From contig CAJAEK010000130.1 of the NCBI GenBank assembly GCA_903938735.1, positions 1-50,426 on the forward strand: DNA of 50,426 bases, in the 5' to 3' direction. Both the position numbers and the translations under genes were made by a program. The stretch comes from an uncultured Actinomycetes bacterium (GTDB taxonomy: Bacteria > Actinomycetota > Actinomycetes > Nanopelagicales > Nanopelagicaceae). How positions within the stretch are numbered: the first letter of the stretch is position 1; each line of letters begins with the position of its first letter. Under the pieces are notes generated by a model. That model did no database searches and was not told the DNA's origin. It saw only the letters and a program-made list of their open reading frames with translations. Below are positions 7,976 to 18,591 of this stretch, one piece after another.

Positions 7976-10429
7976 AACGGTGGCGCCGTAACGCTCGGCC
8001 GCAACGGCTACCGCTGCCTCGCGAAAGGCCGACACCTCGGCTGCCGTGAGAGTTCTATCGGCTGCTCGGAAAACCATCGAATAAGCGAGCGAAATCTTGC
8101 CCTCGCCCATCTTGTCGTAGCGATCAAAGAGTGTGATGGACTCGAGCAACTCTCCCGCTCCTTCGATAAGAGCCGATTGAAGGTCGGCAGAAGAAACCTT
8201 CGAATCCACAACTAGAGCTACGTCTTGGACTGCGGCTGGCATCGTCCACACTTGTGGCGCGGGTACTACGCCGGACTCCGGGATTGCAGTAAGAATGCTC
8301 GCAAAAGCGGTCGAACGCGGCGGCAAACCCAATTTTTCAATAACTCGAGGATGCAGTTCGCCTGCATGACCGACCGCGATATCCCCGACCCGAATCTCGG
8401 CACAACGCCCTGGATGCCACGGTGCGAAATCCGAAGCATGCACTGTTGCAACGTGACCAGTCGATTCGACTATCCGCACAACCGCAGCGATTGCATCCGA
8501 CCAATCAAAGGTTGAACCCTTACCCCACCAACCAGCATGTGAAAGCTGCCCAAGGACAACGCCACCAATCATCGTTGGTTGGTCTGGAACACCGTCGTAG
8601 ATTCGTTGCTCATCGGATGGCGATGGCCGGCTCGAAGTCGAAATTTCAGGAAGCGCTGGCAGCTCGTTCCAATTACGGAAAATGGTTCCGATTTCAAAGA
8701 GGGCTACGTTCTTAGCGCCGCGCGATTGATTGCGAACCGCGGCTTGTAGCAAGCCGGGAAGTATGTGCGTTCGCAGTAACGGAAAATCTTCCGACATCGG
8801 GTTAGCGATACGGAAGGCGGCGGCTCGCTTTCCGGTAAATCCAAGGTCGTCCAGCATGGCCTGTGAAATAAATGGGTAGTTATAGACCTCGCTAAAACCA
8901 GAGTGCGCAAAGAGGTCAGCGATTGACCGGCGGCGCTTTTGTGCCGGGGTAAGGCTCGCTCCGCTCTTGCCGACCGGCAGGCGCGTAGGGATGGCGTCGT
9001 AGCCAACCATCCGGGCAACTTCTTCTGCGAAGTCGGGTAAAACTTCAAGATCGAATCGCCATGAAGGTGGGTCAATCTCCCACGATGTCTCGGAATTCTC
9101 TTTTACATCGCATCCGACCGTAAGCAATTTTTCGCGAACCAGAGCAAGCGGAAGATCGAGGCCCAGAAGTTCTGAGATGGCCGTCGGATTAATAGTCACG
9201 ACTGGTGCAAAACGGGGCTCCCCCGCTACAGCACTGCCTAGATGGTGCGCTCCGCCGAGTTCGCACATCAGCGCCACCGCACGAGCCGAAGCGATTTCAG
9301 CGAGCGATGGATCAACCGTTCGCTCCAATCGACGCGAAGCCTCTGATGAAAGTTTATGGCGCCGTGAATTTTTGGCGATATCCATTGGGTTGAATCGAGC
9401 CGCCTCGATAGCCATCGAGGTTGTTGAATCTGTAACTTCGGAGAATTCCCCACCCATTGTTCCCGCGAGAGCTAAAGGTTGCTTCTCGTCAGCCACAAGT
9501 AGATCTTCGGGCGCTAGCTTCCGAACTTGGCCATCGAGCGTCTTGATGGATACGTCAGAACCGGCGCGCCGAATATGGAGTGAGCCAGAAACTTTTGTTC
9601 GATCGAAAGCGTGCAACGGTTGGCCAAGTTCAAGCATTACATAGTTAGTGATATCTACCGCAAGGGAAATAGCACGCATTCCACATTTTTCGATTCGGCG
9701 ACGCATCCAGAGCGGCGTGTGAGCAGTTGGGTTGTAGCCATCGATGGTTCGGATATAGGCAACGCTGGCTGCGCTCGAATCATCAATCGAAATTTGTACG
9801 CCATCGGAATTAATCGGATAACGAGACGCATCTACCGCGGCAGCTGGGTCCGAGTACTTCACAGCGAGCGAAGCAGCGAGTTCGCGCGCCAGGCCACGAA
9901 TCGAAAGCGCGTAACCTCGATCAGGGTTGACCGCTACATCAACAATCCAGTCATTGATTTGTAATGGCTCGACTGCATCGCTACCGATAGCCGCACCATC
10001 TGGCGCAAGAACGATAATGCCAGAATGTTCATCACTAATACCTAATTCCCGAGCTGAACAAATCATTCCATTGCTGGTCTTGCCATAGGTTTCACGAGCA
10101 GAGATCGCAAAATTGCCCGGCAGCACAGCGCCTGGCAACGCAGCAACCACGAGGTCCCCTACTGCGAAATTTTGCGCGCCACAGATGACATGCCGAGTTA
10201 AGCCTTCGCCACAATCTAGTCCAACATAACGAATTGGCTTCTTGTGCTCCTTAAGCTCTTCAATCTCAACTACTTGTGCAACGACGAGCGGCCCCGTCAG
10301 TTCGGCGCCTTGGATATCAATTGATTCGACTTCGAATCCAACGCTAACAAAGGCGTTTTCTAATTGCTCGGCCGTAATGTCGTAAGGAATTGCAGCATAT
10401 TCACGGAGCCACGAAAGAGGTGCTTTCAT
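7967..10429 (-). CDS. pheT: Phenylalanyl-tRNA synthetase beta subunit
   Basis: PLSWLREY, GMICSARELG, NPDRG, LGQPLHAFD, C-terminal anticodon-binding domain (FRAADRTLT). Confidence 0.98.
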   Translation of the reverse strand: MKAPLSWLREYAAIPYDITAEQLENAFVSVGFEVESIDIQGAELTGPLVVAQVVEIEELKEHKKPIRYVGLDCGEGLTRHVICGAQNFAVGDLVVAALPGAVLPGNFAISARETYGKTSNGMICSARELGISDEHSGIIVLAPDGAAIGSDAVEPLQINDWIVDVAVNPDRGYALSIRGLARELAASLAVKYSDPAAAVDASRYPINSDGVQISIDDSSAASVAYIRTIDGYNPTAHTPLWMRRRIEKCGMRAISLAVDITNYVMLELGQPLHAFDRTKVSGSLHIRRAGSDVSIKTLDGQVRKLAPEDLLVADEKQPLALAGTMGGEFSEVTDSTTSMAIEAARFNPMDIAKNSRRHKLSSEASRRLERTVDPSLAEIASARAVALMCELGGAHHLGSAVAGEPRFAPVVTINPTAISELLGLDLPLALVREKLLTVGCDVKENSETSWEIDPPSWRFDLEVLPDFAEEVARMVGYDAIPTRLPVGKSGASLTPAQKRRRSIADLFAHSGFSEVYNYPFISQAMLDDLGFTGKRAAAFRIANPMSEDFPLLRTHILPGLLQAAVRNQSRGAKNVALFEIGTIFRNWNELPALPEISTSSRPSPSDEQRIYDGVPDQPTMIGGVVLGQLSHAGWWGKGSTFDWSDAIAAVVRIVESTGHVATVHASDFAPWHPGRCAEIRVGDIAVGHAGELHPRVIEKLGLPPRSTAFASILTAIPESGVVPAPQVWTMPAAVQDVALVVDSKVSSADLQSALIEGAGELLESITLFDRYDKMGEGKISLAYSMVFRAADRTLTAAEVSAFREAAVAVAAERYGATVRA

Positions 10430-11449
10430 TTAGAAACCCGTTCCGAAAGCCTGCGTGAAGCGGATGTCGCCTTCTACGATGTCATGCATATCCGTAATTC
10501 CGTGGCGCACCATCAATGTGCGTTCGAGTCCCATTCCAAAGGCAAAGCCCGAGAATTCATCGGTGTCGATGCCACAGGCACGCAGTACTTTTGGATTGAC
10601 CATGCCGCAGCCGCCCCATTCCACCCACCGCCCGTTGAAAAAGAAATCAACCTCTGCGCTCGGTTCAGTGAAGGGAAAGAAGGATGGACGCAATCGAGTT
10701 TTTACATCTGGGCCGAACATCGCGCGTGCAAAGTAATCCAACGTGCCCTTCAGGTCCCCCATCGTAATTCCGCGGTCAATGACTAGTCCTTCTACTTGGC
10801 TAAAGACTGGTGTGTGCGTCGCGTCTAGCTCGTCTGCCCGGTACGTGCGGCCGGGGCATATGACATAAATCGGCGGCTCGTTCTTCAACATTGTACGAAT
10901 TTGGACTGGTGATGTGTGAGTCCGCATTACCAGGCGGGCCGCAAGTGGCTCGACAAAGAATGTGTCCTGCATCGTACGTGCCGGGTGATCGGCCGGAATA
11001 TTCAACGCATCGAAGTTGAGCCATTCGGATTCGAGCTCAGGACCGTCAGCGACTTGGTAGCCAAGCCCAATGAAGAGATCGCTAATCTCGTTGGTCAAAA
11101 TAGTCAGCGGATGTAGCCCACCCTTCAAAACTTTTCGCGCCGGCATGGTCACATCGACCCGCTCTTCCAGCAAAACACGAGCATCGCGTTCTGCTTCGAG
11201 TTCAAGCGTACGCTTTTCAAAGGCGGCGTTTACTTCTGACCGCGCAGCCCCAATGATTTTTCCAAAGGTGGATTTCTCTTCCGGACTGAGAGTGCCGAGC
11301 GCGCGATTAGCCAACGCGAGCGCTGACTTCTCGCCAATGAAGTCGATCTTTACCTGTTTGAGCGAATCAAGGTCGGGCGTCGCCGAGATCGCCTGAAGCG
11401 CTGCTTTGGTAGCGCTTTCGATCTCAGATGCATTCAGCGAAGATGACAT
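10430..11449 (-). CDS. pheS: Phenylalanyl-tRNA synthetase alpha subunit
   Basis: HPARTMQDTF, RTHTSPVQ, FPFTEPS, GFAFGMGLER. Confidence 0.98.
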   Translation of the reverse strand: MSSSLNASEIESATKAALQAISATPDLDSLKQVKIDFIGEKSALALANRALGTLSPEEKSTFGKIIGAARSEVNAAFEKRTLELEAERDARVLLEERVDVTMPARKVLKGGLHPLTILTNEISDLFIGLGYQVADGPELESEWLNFDALNIPADHPARTMQDTFFVEPLAARLVMRTHTSPVQIRTMLKNEPPIYVICPGRTYRADELDATHTPVFSQVEGLVIDRGITMGDLKGTLDYFARAMFGPDVKTRLRPSFFPFTEPSAEVDFFFNGRWVEWGGCGMVNPKVLRACGIDTDEFSGFAFGMGLERTLMVRHGITDMHDIVEGDIRFTQAFGTGF

Positions 11450-11454
11450 AAGAC

Positions 11455-12261
11455 CTAAATGTTACCTGCAAAGTGGTACATCGCGATGGCAGCAGCGCTG
11501 GCCACGTTCAAGCTCTCGGTGAATCCCTTCATGGGAATCATGGTGCGAGTCGCGCCTGGCGTATCCGGCAATCCTCTCGCTTCATTTCCAAATATGAGAA
11601 GTGCCTTTTCAGCCGCGGAGATAGCAGGAAGGCGAGTATCGCCGTCGCCTGCAAATGCATATGACTCAATCCCTGCATCTGTTGCCAGCTGGATAATTTC
11701 GGCCAGTTCAATATCTTCAAAAACCGGTATATGCCAGAGTGAACCCGCGGTGGAGCGGACCGTCTTTGGGCTGTAGAGATCTACGCTCCGAGGCGAGAAA
11801 GCGACCGCGTCAAAGCCACACGCGTCTGCTGTGCGAATAACAGTTCCGCTATTACCTGGATCTTGAATCTCCCAAAAATAGGCAATTTTCTTTGGCTCGA
11901 GTTTGGAGAGTTTGTATGCACTCATCTCTTTGTGGGTGCACAGCGCGATGATTCCCTGCGGACTTTCGGTGTCCGCCATCGCATTCATTACTTCATCGGT
12001 CACCATCGAAATCTCGACTGAGTCGAGTAACTGGGCATCAATCCCAGCAATTAAACGTTCACGACCAGAATCAGTCAGATACAAGCGTTCGACGAGCGGG
12101 GCTAATTCAATCCGAGGTTGTAAGGCTTCGCGCACTGACTGAATACCGTCGGCAATAAATGACTTCTCAACTGCGCGGATCTTTTTTCCTCGTGGACCCA
12201 AAAGAGCCTTCACTCTCTCGACGTGCGGAGAGTGAAGGCTCGAAATGTGGTTATTGGTCAC
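11455..12261 (-). CDS. TrmH/SpoU family RNA 2'-O-methyltransferase
   Basis: SPOUT motifs [33 protein letters not shown]; usual position between rplT and pheS. Confidence 0.92.
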   Translation of the reverse strand: MTNNHISSLHSPHVERVKALLGPRGKKIRAVEKSFIADGIQSVREALQPRIELAPLVERLYLTDSGRERLIAGIDAQLLDSVEISMVTDEVMNAMADTESPQGIIALCTHKEMSAYKLSKLEPKKIAYFWEIQDPGNSGTVIRTADACGFDAVAFSPRSVDLYSPKTVRSTAGSLWHIPVFEDIELAEIIQLATDAGIESYAFAGDGDTRLPAISAAEKALLIFGNEARGLPDTPGATRTMIPMKGFTESLNVASAAAIAMYHFAGNI

Positions 12262-12617
12262 GCAGTGACGTGCTTGCGGGCAACCTCTACGAGTCCAGCA
12301 AACGCCTTAGGATCGTTGGTCGCGAGCTCTGCAAGAACGCGGCGATCAACTTCGATGCCGGCTCCCTTGAGACCCTGGATGAAACGGTTATAGGTGATGC
12401 CGTTCTCACGAGCACCGGCGTTGATGCGCTGGATCCAGAGACGACGGAAATCGCCCTTCTTATCCTTGCGATCGTTGAAGGCATAAACGAGCGAGTGAGT
12501 AACTTGCTCCTTCGCCTTTGAGAAAAGACGTGAACGTTGTCCGCGGTATCCCGCAGCGCGCTCGAGGGTGGTACGACGCTTCTTTGCAGCGTGGACGCCG
12601 CGCTTAACTCTTGCCAT
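12258..12617 (-). CDS. rplT: 50S ribosomal protein L20
   Basis: MARVKR...GYRGQRS...[11 protein letters not shown]. Confidence 0.99.
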   Translation of the reverse strand: MARVKRGVHAAKKRRTTLERAAGYRGQRSRLFSKAKEQVTHSLVYAFNDRKDKKGDFRRLWIQRINAGARENGITYNRFIQGLKGAGIEVDRRVLAELATNDPKAFAGLVEVARKHVTA

Positions 12618-12632
12618 GTTCTAGTCCTCCCC

Positions 12633-12830
12633 TTACTTCAAACCGAGCATGCGCTTGGCGGTTGTCGAAACAGTTGTCTTTGCTACAGCATCGCTGCTCA
12701 AGCGACGGGTAACGCGTGAAGATTTGTGCTCGAGAAGGTGGCGCTTGCCAGCACGCTCGTGCATAACCTTTCCGGTTCCGGTCAGACGGAAAGTCTTCTT
12801 GGCACCGCTGTGGGTCTTCATCTTTGGCAT
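12633..12830 (-). CDS. rpmI: 50S ribosomal protein L35
   Basis: [12 protein letters not shown]...[10 protein letters not shown]. Confidence 0.98.
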   Translation of the reverse strand: MPKMKTHSGAKKTFRLTGTGKVMHERAGKRHLLEHKSSRVTRRLSSDAVAKTTVSTTAKRMLGLK

Positions 12831-12895
12831 TCGCTAACCTCCCAGTTAGTTCGTGTTCTCGTACTGCTCTAAATCAAGTAAAACTAGTAAATCTC

Positions 12896-13537
12896 TTATT
12901 CAGCTGCTTCGGTCGCTACCGCAACTTCGGCGGGTACTGCTACTTCTTGAGCCGCTTCCTTGGCTGCCTCTGCCTTAGGTGGCTTGTCAACCTTAGGAGC
13001 CTTTACTGCCTTAGCCGCTTGGCCCTTTTTAACGAGTGGTGCGAGCACCATCGTCATATTTCGACCTTCTTGCTTAGGCGCGAATTCAATGACAGCGATC
13101 TCGACGAGCTCTTCCGCTAACTTCATCAAAATTCGATAACCAATTTCTGGACGAGCTTGCTCGCGACCACGAAACTGCATCGTGACCTTGCACTTGTCGC
13201 CAGTCTTGAGAAACTTCTCAATTTGGTTCTTTTTGGTTTGATAGTCGTGCGGCTCGATCTTCGGACGAATACGAACTTCCTTCACCACAATGTGGGTCTG
13301 ATTGGCTCGCGCTTCGCGTGCTTTCTGGGCGGCTTCGTACTTGTACTTGCCGTAATCCATTACTTTGCACACTGGCGGTTGGGCATCGGGAGAAATTTCG
13401 ACGAGGTCTAATCCAACTTCGTCAGCCATTCGTAGTGCGGTGTCGATATCGACAATGCCTACTTGCTCTCCTGTGTAACCAATCAAACGAACTTCCGGAA
13501 CTCGGATTCGATCGTTGATACGTGGCTCTGCGCTGAT
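12896..13537 (-). CDS. infC: Translation initiation factor IF-3 (probable ATC start at 13537)
   Basis: [22 protein letters not shown]. Family similarity begins at ATC-AGC-GCA-GAG downstream of purine-rich AAGGAAGGG. The ORF track starts at an upstream ATG (13558). Confidence 0.95.
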   Translation of the reverse strand: MSAEPRINDRIRVPEVRLIGYTGEQVGIVDIDTALRMADEVGLDLVEISPDAQPPVCKVMDYGKYKYEAAQKAREARANQTHIVVKEVRIRPKIEPHDYQTKKNQIEKFLKTGDKCKVTMQFRGREQARPEIGYRILMKLAEELVEIAVIEFAPKQEGRNMTMVLAPLVKKGQAAKAVKAPKVDKPPKAEAAKEAAQEVAVPAEVAVATEAAE

Positions 13538-13713
13538 AACTGGTCCCTTCCTTAACATTCCACCAACAATTTATTGGCGGTCAAGGAGGCAGTCGCACAC
13601 AACTTTCGTGCATCTTTCGCGCGGCATGGACAGAGCCCAGCTCTAGAAAAACGACCAGTTCGCCGGAGCGAAGTAGGTGGGAGCGACTAACTCCTCTTGA
13701 TGGCCCAAGGCTA
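13538..13713 (-). promoter_or_regulatory. infC-rpmI-rplT promoter and structured 5' leader (candidate L20 autoregulatory leader)
   Basis: -10 TAGCCT at 13713-13708, then a roughly 160 nt leader in which UCAAGAGGAG (13700-13691) can pair with CUCCUUGA (13588-13581). Confidence 0.45.
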
Positions 13714-13774
13714 CCTTAGGCAGGGCCTTCCCCAAAATTCACGCCCAGAACAGGGCAGATAGCTGCGGAAAGGC

Positions 13775-14545
13775 TTAGCCCATCGCGTGGAGGCCACCAT
13801 CCACGTGGATGATCTCCCCCGTGGTCTTGGTGAAGAACGGTGACATCAACGCCACCGCCGCTTGGGCGGCTGGAACTGGGTCAGTCACATCCCATTCCAA
13901 TGGCGAACGTGAATTCCAGACGCTCTCGAATTCATCAAAGCCTGGAATTGATTTGGCGGCCATTGTACGAATCGGCCCCGCAGCAACAAGGTTGAACCGA
14001 ATGTTCTCTTTGCCTAAATCGCGCGCTAAATAGCGAGAGGTTGATTCGAGCGCCGCCTTTGCAACACCCATCCAGTCGTACTTTGGCCATGCTACCTGTG
14101 CATCAAAATCTAGACCCACGACGCTCGCGCCGGTTGAGGCCGTAAAGAGCGGACGAGCAGCCATCGTCAATGATTTGAGCGAATAGGCCGAGACTTGGAC
14201 CGCGGTCGCGACATCAGGCCATTCGGTATTGAGGAAGTTGCCACCGAGTGCCGCTTCGGGAGCGAAACCAATTGAGTGAACAACGCCATCCAAATGTGGA
14301 ACATGCGCGCGAACCGCATCAGCAAGTCCGGCGAGATGATCATTGTTTGTCACATCTAATTCAAGAACTGGAGCTGGCTGTGGCAATCGACCCGCGATTC
14401 GTTGAGTGATGCTCATCGCGCGACCAAACGAGGTCAAGATGACGGTGGCGCCTTCTTCCTGCGCGACCCGTGCGATATGGAAAGCAATCGATGAGTCAGT
14501 CAGAACACCGGTCACCAAAACGTTTTTACCCTGGAGAATTGCCAT
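13775..14545 (-). CDS. fabI: Enoyl-ACP reductase (InhA-like)
   Basis: SSIAFHIA, HSIGFAP, YDWMGVAKAALES, AAGPIRT. Confidence 0.96.
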   Translation of the reverse strand: MAILQGKNVLVTGVLTDSSIAFHIARVAQEEGATVILTSFGRAMSITQRIAGRLPQPAPVLELDVTNNDHLAGLADAVRAHVPHLDGVVHSIGFAPEAALGGNFLNTEWPDVATAVQVSAYSLKSLTMAARPLFTASTGASVVGLDFDAQVAWPKYDWMGVAKAALESTSRYLARDLGKENIRFNLVAAGPIRTMAAKSIPGFDEFESVWNSRSPLEWDVTDPVPAAQAAVALMSPFFTKTTGEIIHVDGGLHAMG

Positions 14546-14547
14546 AG

Positions 14548-15267
14548 TTAGTGCCCCATTCCTAATCCACCGTCTACCGGAATAACCGCGCCAGTTATAT
14601 AACTGGCGGCGGGTGATGCGAGAAAAGCTACGACGCCTGCGATCTCGTCTGGCGTGCAGAGCCGACCCAGCGGAACCGAATTGATGATCTCTGATTTTCG
14701 AGACTCCTCGAGCACCGCAGTCATATCTGTCTCGACAAATCCTGGAGCAACCACATTGGCGGTTATGCCACGGCTACCGAGCTCGCGTGCAAATGATCGA
14801 GCCATTCCAATCAAGCCACTTTTGGTTGCGGCGTAATTGACTTGACCAGCGCTACCGAGCATTCCTACTACTGAACCGATGAAGATCATTCGGCCGGACT
14901 TTTTCTTTAACATGCCGCGGGTCGCCGCCTTAGCGACGCGGAACGCGCCCATCAAATTGGTCTCTACTACGGATTGAAAATCCTCATCGCTCATACGCAT
15001 CGCCAGGCCATCACGCGTGATGCCCGCGTTCGCAACTACAACCTCAATCGTGCCAAAACGTTCTTCTATCTCGGCAAATGCAGCGCTCACGCTCTCGCTA
15101 CTGCTGACATCCATCACGACGCCTTCGAATCCGGCTGGTGCGGATCCGCTTCGATAGGTGACGACGGTCGTAAAGCCATCGGCTTTCAGCTTTTCTGCAA
15201 TGGCCAGACCAATCCCGCGATTGCCGCCGGTCACTAATGCGACGGGGGCCACACCTGTTTCGCTCAT
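14548..15267 (-). CDS. fabG: 3-oxoacyl-ACP reductase (MabA-like)
   Basis: TGGNRGIG, NAGITRD, YAATK (YxxxK), PVDGGLGMGH; directly upstream of fabI. Confidence 0.95.
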   Translation of the reverse strand: MSETGVAPVALVTGGNRGIGLAIAEKLKADGFTTVVTYRSGSAPAGFEGVVMDVSSSESVSAAFAEIEERFGTIEVVVANAGITRDGLAMRMSDEDFQSVVETNLMGAFRVAKAATRGMLKKKSGRMIFIGSVVGMLGSAGQVNYAATKSGLIGMARSFARELGSRGITANVVAPGFVETDMTAVLEESRKSEIINSVPLGRLCTPDEIAGVVAFLASPAASYITGAVIPVDGGLGMGH

Positions 15268-15369
15268 GCCCCCACCTTACTTAATCGGGTTTATTACCTG
15301 CACGTATCGCGGAGAATTCCGAAGGAAATTGGAGATGCCGATGCCCATCAACACCTCTAGGCTCGGGTA

Positions 15370-15660
15370 ATGGCCTTCAAGCGAACAACCAAATCGAGCG
15401 GTGTCACGCCGATTTCCATCACCCAGGCCCAAGTTGGCCTGGCATCTGACCAAGCCGGACGTCAGCGACGATACTTAATTTCGATGTTGATTCGCACCGC
15501 GTGTTTTATTCTCACAATTTTTCTGCCATCGCCATATCGCTGGGTAGCGTTGGGTGCCGCGATGGTTCTACCCTACCTCTCAGTGGTGATCGCAAACGCA
15601 GGTCGCGAAACAATAAACCGGGCTTCGGTGCCTGCTCACAACAAGAACGAGTTGAACTAG
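15370..15660 (+). CDS. DUF3099-family small membrane protein
   Basis: RRYLISMLIRTACF...LPYLSVVIAN, two hydrophobic segments; usual actinobacterial position between fabG and SURF1. Confidence 0.8.
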   Translation: MAFKRTTKSSGVTPISITQAQVGLASDQAGRQRRYLISMLIRTACFILTIFLPSPYRWVALGAAMVLPYLSVVIANAGRETINRASVPAHNKNELN

Positions 15661-15681
15661 TAGCCGCAGCTACAATTCCTT

Positions 15682-16395
15682 ATGCGTTTCTTCGCTCCGA
15701 AAGAGCTGATAAAAACCACCATTGCACTGCTTCTCTGTTTCGGCTGTCTCGCCGCCGCCCAATGGCAATATCACCGTGGCCAGAATCAAGCGCATCAAAA
15801 TTCGATTATTCGCGCAAACCAAACGCAACCCGCCCTAAACGAGAATCAACTCGCACACATTGACCCCATCGCGAACCAGTGGCGCACGGTTGCCCTGCAT
15901 GGGGAATTCCAATCCCAGCATCAACTATTAATTCGAGACCGCTATTACCAGGGGGTCTATGGCTTTGAAGTCCTCACCCTTTTTCATGCGCCGGTAGCCG
16001 GCGACTACTGGTTGGATCGTGGTTGGGTCAAAGCGGGCGCTAACGCCGCAACTCCCCCTTCGGTTCCATCGCCACAAACCGGAACCCTTGAAGTCGTCGC
16101 GCGCATCCGGTCAGAGAATTTGAATAAGCAAATTCAAGGTTCCTTCTTTGCCTTGCCACAGCTTTCTGCGAACACCACATCTCACGCATTTTCCATTGCG
16201 CACGCCCAAGGGGCTAGCGCCGCACCGTTTTACCTGGACTTGGTATCAGCAAAGCCCGCGAAGGCGGGACCCTTCAATCAGATTGAACTACCAGACCTAT
16301 CGGACGGCCCGCACTATGCCTACGCGATTCAGTGGCTGGCATTTGCAGCGCTAATACTGATAGGTCGAGGAATGCTCTTTCGAGAATTTATATAA
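15682..16395 (+). CDS. SURF1/Shy1 family cytochrome oxidase assembly protein
   Basis: N-terminal TM ending WQYHR, LDRGWV, and HYAYAIQW before a C-terminal TM. Confidence 0.9.
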   Translation: MRFFAPKELIKTTIALLLCFGCLAAAQWQYHRGQNQAHQNSIIRANQTQPALNENQLAHIDPIANQWRTVALHGEFQSQHQLLIRDRYYQGVYGFEVLTLFHAPVAGDYWLDRGWVKAGANAATPPSVPSPQTGTLEVVARIRSENLNKQIQGSFFALPQLSANTTSHAFSIAHAQGASAAPFYLDLVSAKPAKAGPFNQIELPDLSDGPHYAYAIQWLAFAALILIGRGMLFREFI

Positions 16396-16405
16396 GCACA
16401 GCGAT

Positions 16406-18274
16406 TTAATCAACGGCCGACATTGATTGCCGCTGGTAGAGATCAAAATAGATTCCGCCTAACGCAACAAGTTCTTCATGGGTGCCTCGTTCAACAATCG
16501 AACCGCCCGATAACACGAGTATTTGGTCCGCACTTTGAATGGTCGATAAACGATGCGCGATAACGATGCTGGTGCGCCCGCGCAACGCAACCTTCAAAGC
16601 TTCTTGGACAAGGGCTTCATTCTCGGAGTCCAAATGAGCCGTTGCCTCATCCAAAATGACGATGCTGGGAGCCTTGAGCAACAAACGAGCGATCGCTAAC
16701 CGCTGCTTTTCGCCGCCGGACAATCGATGTCCGCGCTCTCCCACAATCGTCTCGAACCCGTTGGGAAGGGTACGAATGAAGTCACCAATCTGTGCTGCGT
16801 CGCACGCGGCCCACATCTCATCGGTCGTCGCATCGCTCTTGGCGTATCGAAGATTAACCGCGATGCTTTCGTGGAACATATGCGAATCCTGGGTAACAAC
16901 GCCGATCGTATGGCGAAGTTCCGCCAAATCGAGCGACCGTAGATCAACTCCGTTAATAGCAATGCTGCCACCTGTTACATCGTAGAGTCGAGGAACAAGT
17001 GTGGATATCGTGCTCTTGCCCGCACCCGATGGTCCAACAATGGCGGTCAACGTGCCCGGCGCAACCTCGAACGAAATTCCGTTGAGAATCGTTCCGCTCT
17101 CGACAATCTCCTTCTTCGCCGCGACCTCTAACGAAGCTAGCGAAATATCAGTCGCCTTGGGGTAAGCAAAAGTTACATCGGTAAAGGAAATCCGAGGTTG
17201 ACCGTGTGGCAGTGCAATCGGATGGACCGGACTTTTCACCATTGGTTCTAAATCAAGTACTTCAAATACCCGCTCAAACGATACGAGCGCTGTCATGACA
17301 TCCACCCGGACATTGGACAAGGCCGTCAGTGGGCCATAGAGCCGAGCCAGCAAAGTAGTAATCGCGAGCAGCGTTCCAATCGAGATGCTGCCACTAATCG
17401 CGAGGTGCCCTCCGATGCCATACGCAATCGCCGTCGCGATCGCCGCCAAGGTAGTGAAGGCAATAAAGAAAGTGCGGTTCATGACCGCAATTTTGATTCC
17501 CATATCTGCGACCCGACGGGCACGTGATTTATAGAGGGCGCTTTCGCGTTCTGGTTCGCCGTACAGGGATACAAGTAAGGCGCCAGAGACGTTAAACCGC
17601 TCGGTCATTGTCGAGGACATTTCGGCATTTAAATTAAATGATTCGCGGGTGTATTCGGCCAATCGACGACCCAGCCACTTTGTAGGTATCAAAAATACCG
17701 GCAACAGAATCAATGACATCAACGTGATCTGCCACGAAAGTACGAACATCGCACCTGCCACGAGAATCAGAGTCAGCAAATTGCTGACTATTCCTGACAA
17801 CGTTGATGTGAAGGCTTGTTGCGCTCCGATAACATCCGAGTTCAATCTCGAGATCAACGCCCCGGTCTGGGTGCGAGTAAAGAAGGCAATTGACTGACGC
17901 TGCACATGCGCGAAGACTCGAGTCCGAAGGTCGTAGATGAGCCCCTCGCCAATCTGACTGGAGAGATATCGTGTAACAAGGCTGACGAGCGCATCACACA
18001 CTGCAAGGACGGCTACAAGTACCGCAAGCGTCGTAACGACCTTTGACTTGTGCGGAATCACGCCGCTATCAATCAAACGTTTAAGAAGTAATGGTGTTGT
18101 GACGACGAGAAGCGAATCCAGAACAACGGCAAAAAGAAAAATTGCCAACTGGCGCTTATAGGGAACAGCGAACGAGAGCACCCGCCGCAACGTGCCGGGC
18201 TTTAGTTTGTTCTCTTTGACCGACTGGTCGGCGGAGAGCGAAGCCAACGCCCGCCAGTTCTGATGCATCGACAT
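16406..18274 (-). CDS. ABC exporter, fused TMD-NBD (MsbA/Atm1-like half transporter)
   Basis: Multi-TM N-terminal domain, Walker A GPSGAGKS, signature LSGGEKQR, ILDEATAHLD, IAHRLST. Confidence 0.93.
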   Translation of the reverse strand: MSMHQNWRALASLSADQSVKENKLKPGTLRRVLSFAVPYKRQLAIFLFAVVLDSLLVVTTPLLLKRLIDSGVIPHKSKVVTTLAVLVAVLAVCDALVSLVTRYLSSQIGEGLIYDLRTRVFAHVQRQSIAFFTRTQTGALISRLNSDVIGAQQAFTSTLSGIVSNLLTLILVAGAMFVLSWQITLMSLILLPVFLIPTKWLGRRLAEYTRESFNLNAEMSSTMTERFNVSGALLVSLYGEPERESALYKSRARRVADMGIKIAVMNRTFFIAFTTLAAIATAIAYGIGGHLAISGSISIGTLLAITTLLARLYGPLTALSNVRVDVMTALVSFERVFEVLDLEPMVKSPVHPIALPHGQPRISFTDVTFAYPKATDISLASLEVAAKKEIVESGTILNGISFEVAPGTLTAIVGPSGAGKSTISTLVPRLYDVTGGSIAINGVDLRSLDLAELRHTIGVVTQDSHMFHESIAVNLRYAKSDATTDEMWAACDAAQIGDFIRTLPNGFETIVGERGHRLSGGEKQRLAIARLLLKAPSIVILDEATAHLDSENEALVQEALKVALRGRTSIVIAHRLSTIQSADQILVLSGGSIVERGTHEELVALGGIYFDLYQRQSMSAVD

Positions 18275-18277
18275 TAG

Positions 18278-18589
18278 TTAGACAGTGAAACCAATCGCAC
18301 GGAGTTGTTCGCGTCCATCATCGGTGATCTTGTTTGGACCCCAAGGCGGCATCCAGACCCAGTTAATTTTCACGTCGCTTGTTAAGTCAGCAAGCACGGC
18401 GCGAGTCTGGTCCTCAATCACATCCTGCAATGGACAGGCAGCAGAGGTTAGGGTCATATCCAGCGTCGCAATGCCATCATCAAGTCTCATGTCATACACA
18501 AGACCTAAGTCGATGACGTTAATACCTAATTCTGGGTCGATGACATCTTTCATCGCCTCGGTAACATCATCAAGCGTTGTATCAGCCAT
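18278..18589 (-). CDS. DUF59/SufT-like Fe-S assembly protein
   Basis: DVIDPELGINVIDLGL, TLTSAACP, WMPPW. Confidence 0.93.
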   Translation of the reverse strand: MADTTLDDVTEAMKDVIDPELGINVIDLGLVYDMRLDDGIATLDMTLTSAACPLQDVIEDQTRAVLADLTSDVKINWVWMPPWGPNKITDDGREQLRAIGFTV

Positions 18590-18591
18590 GG

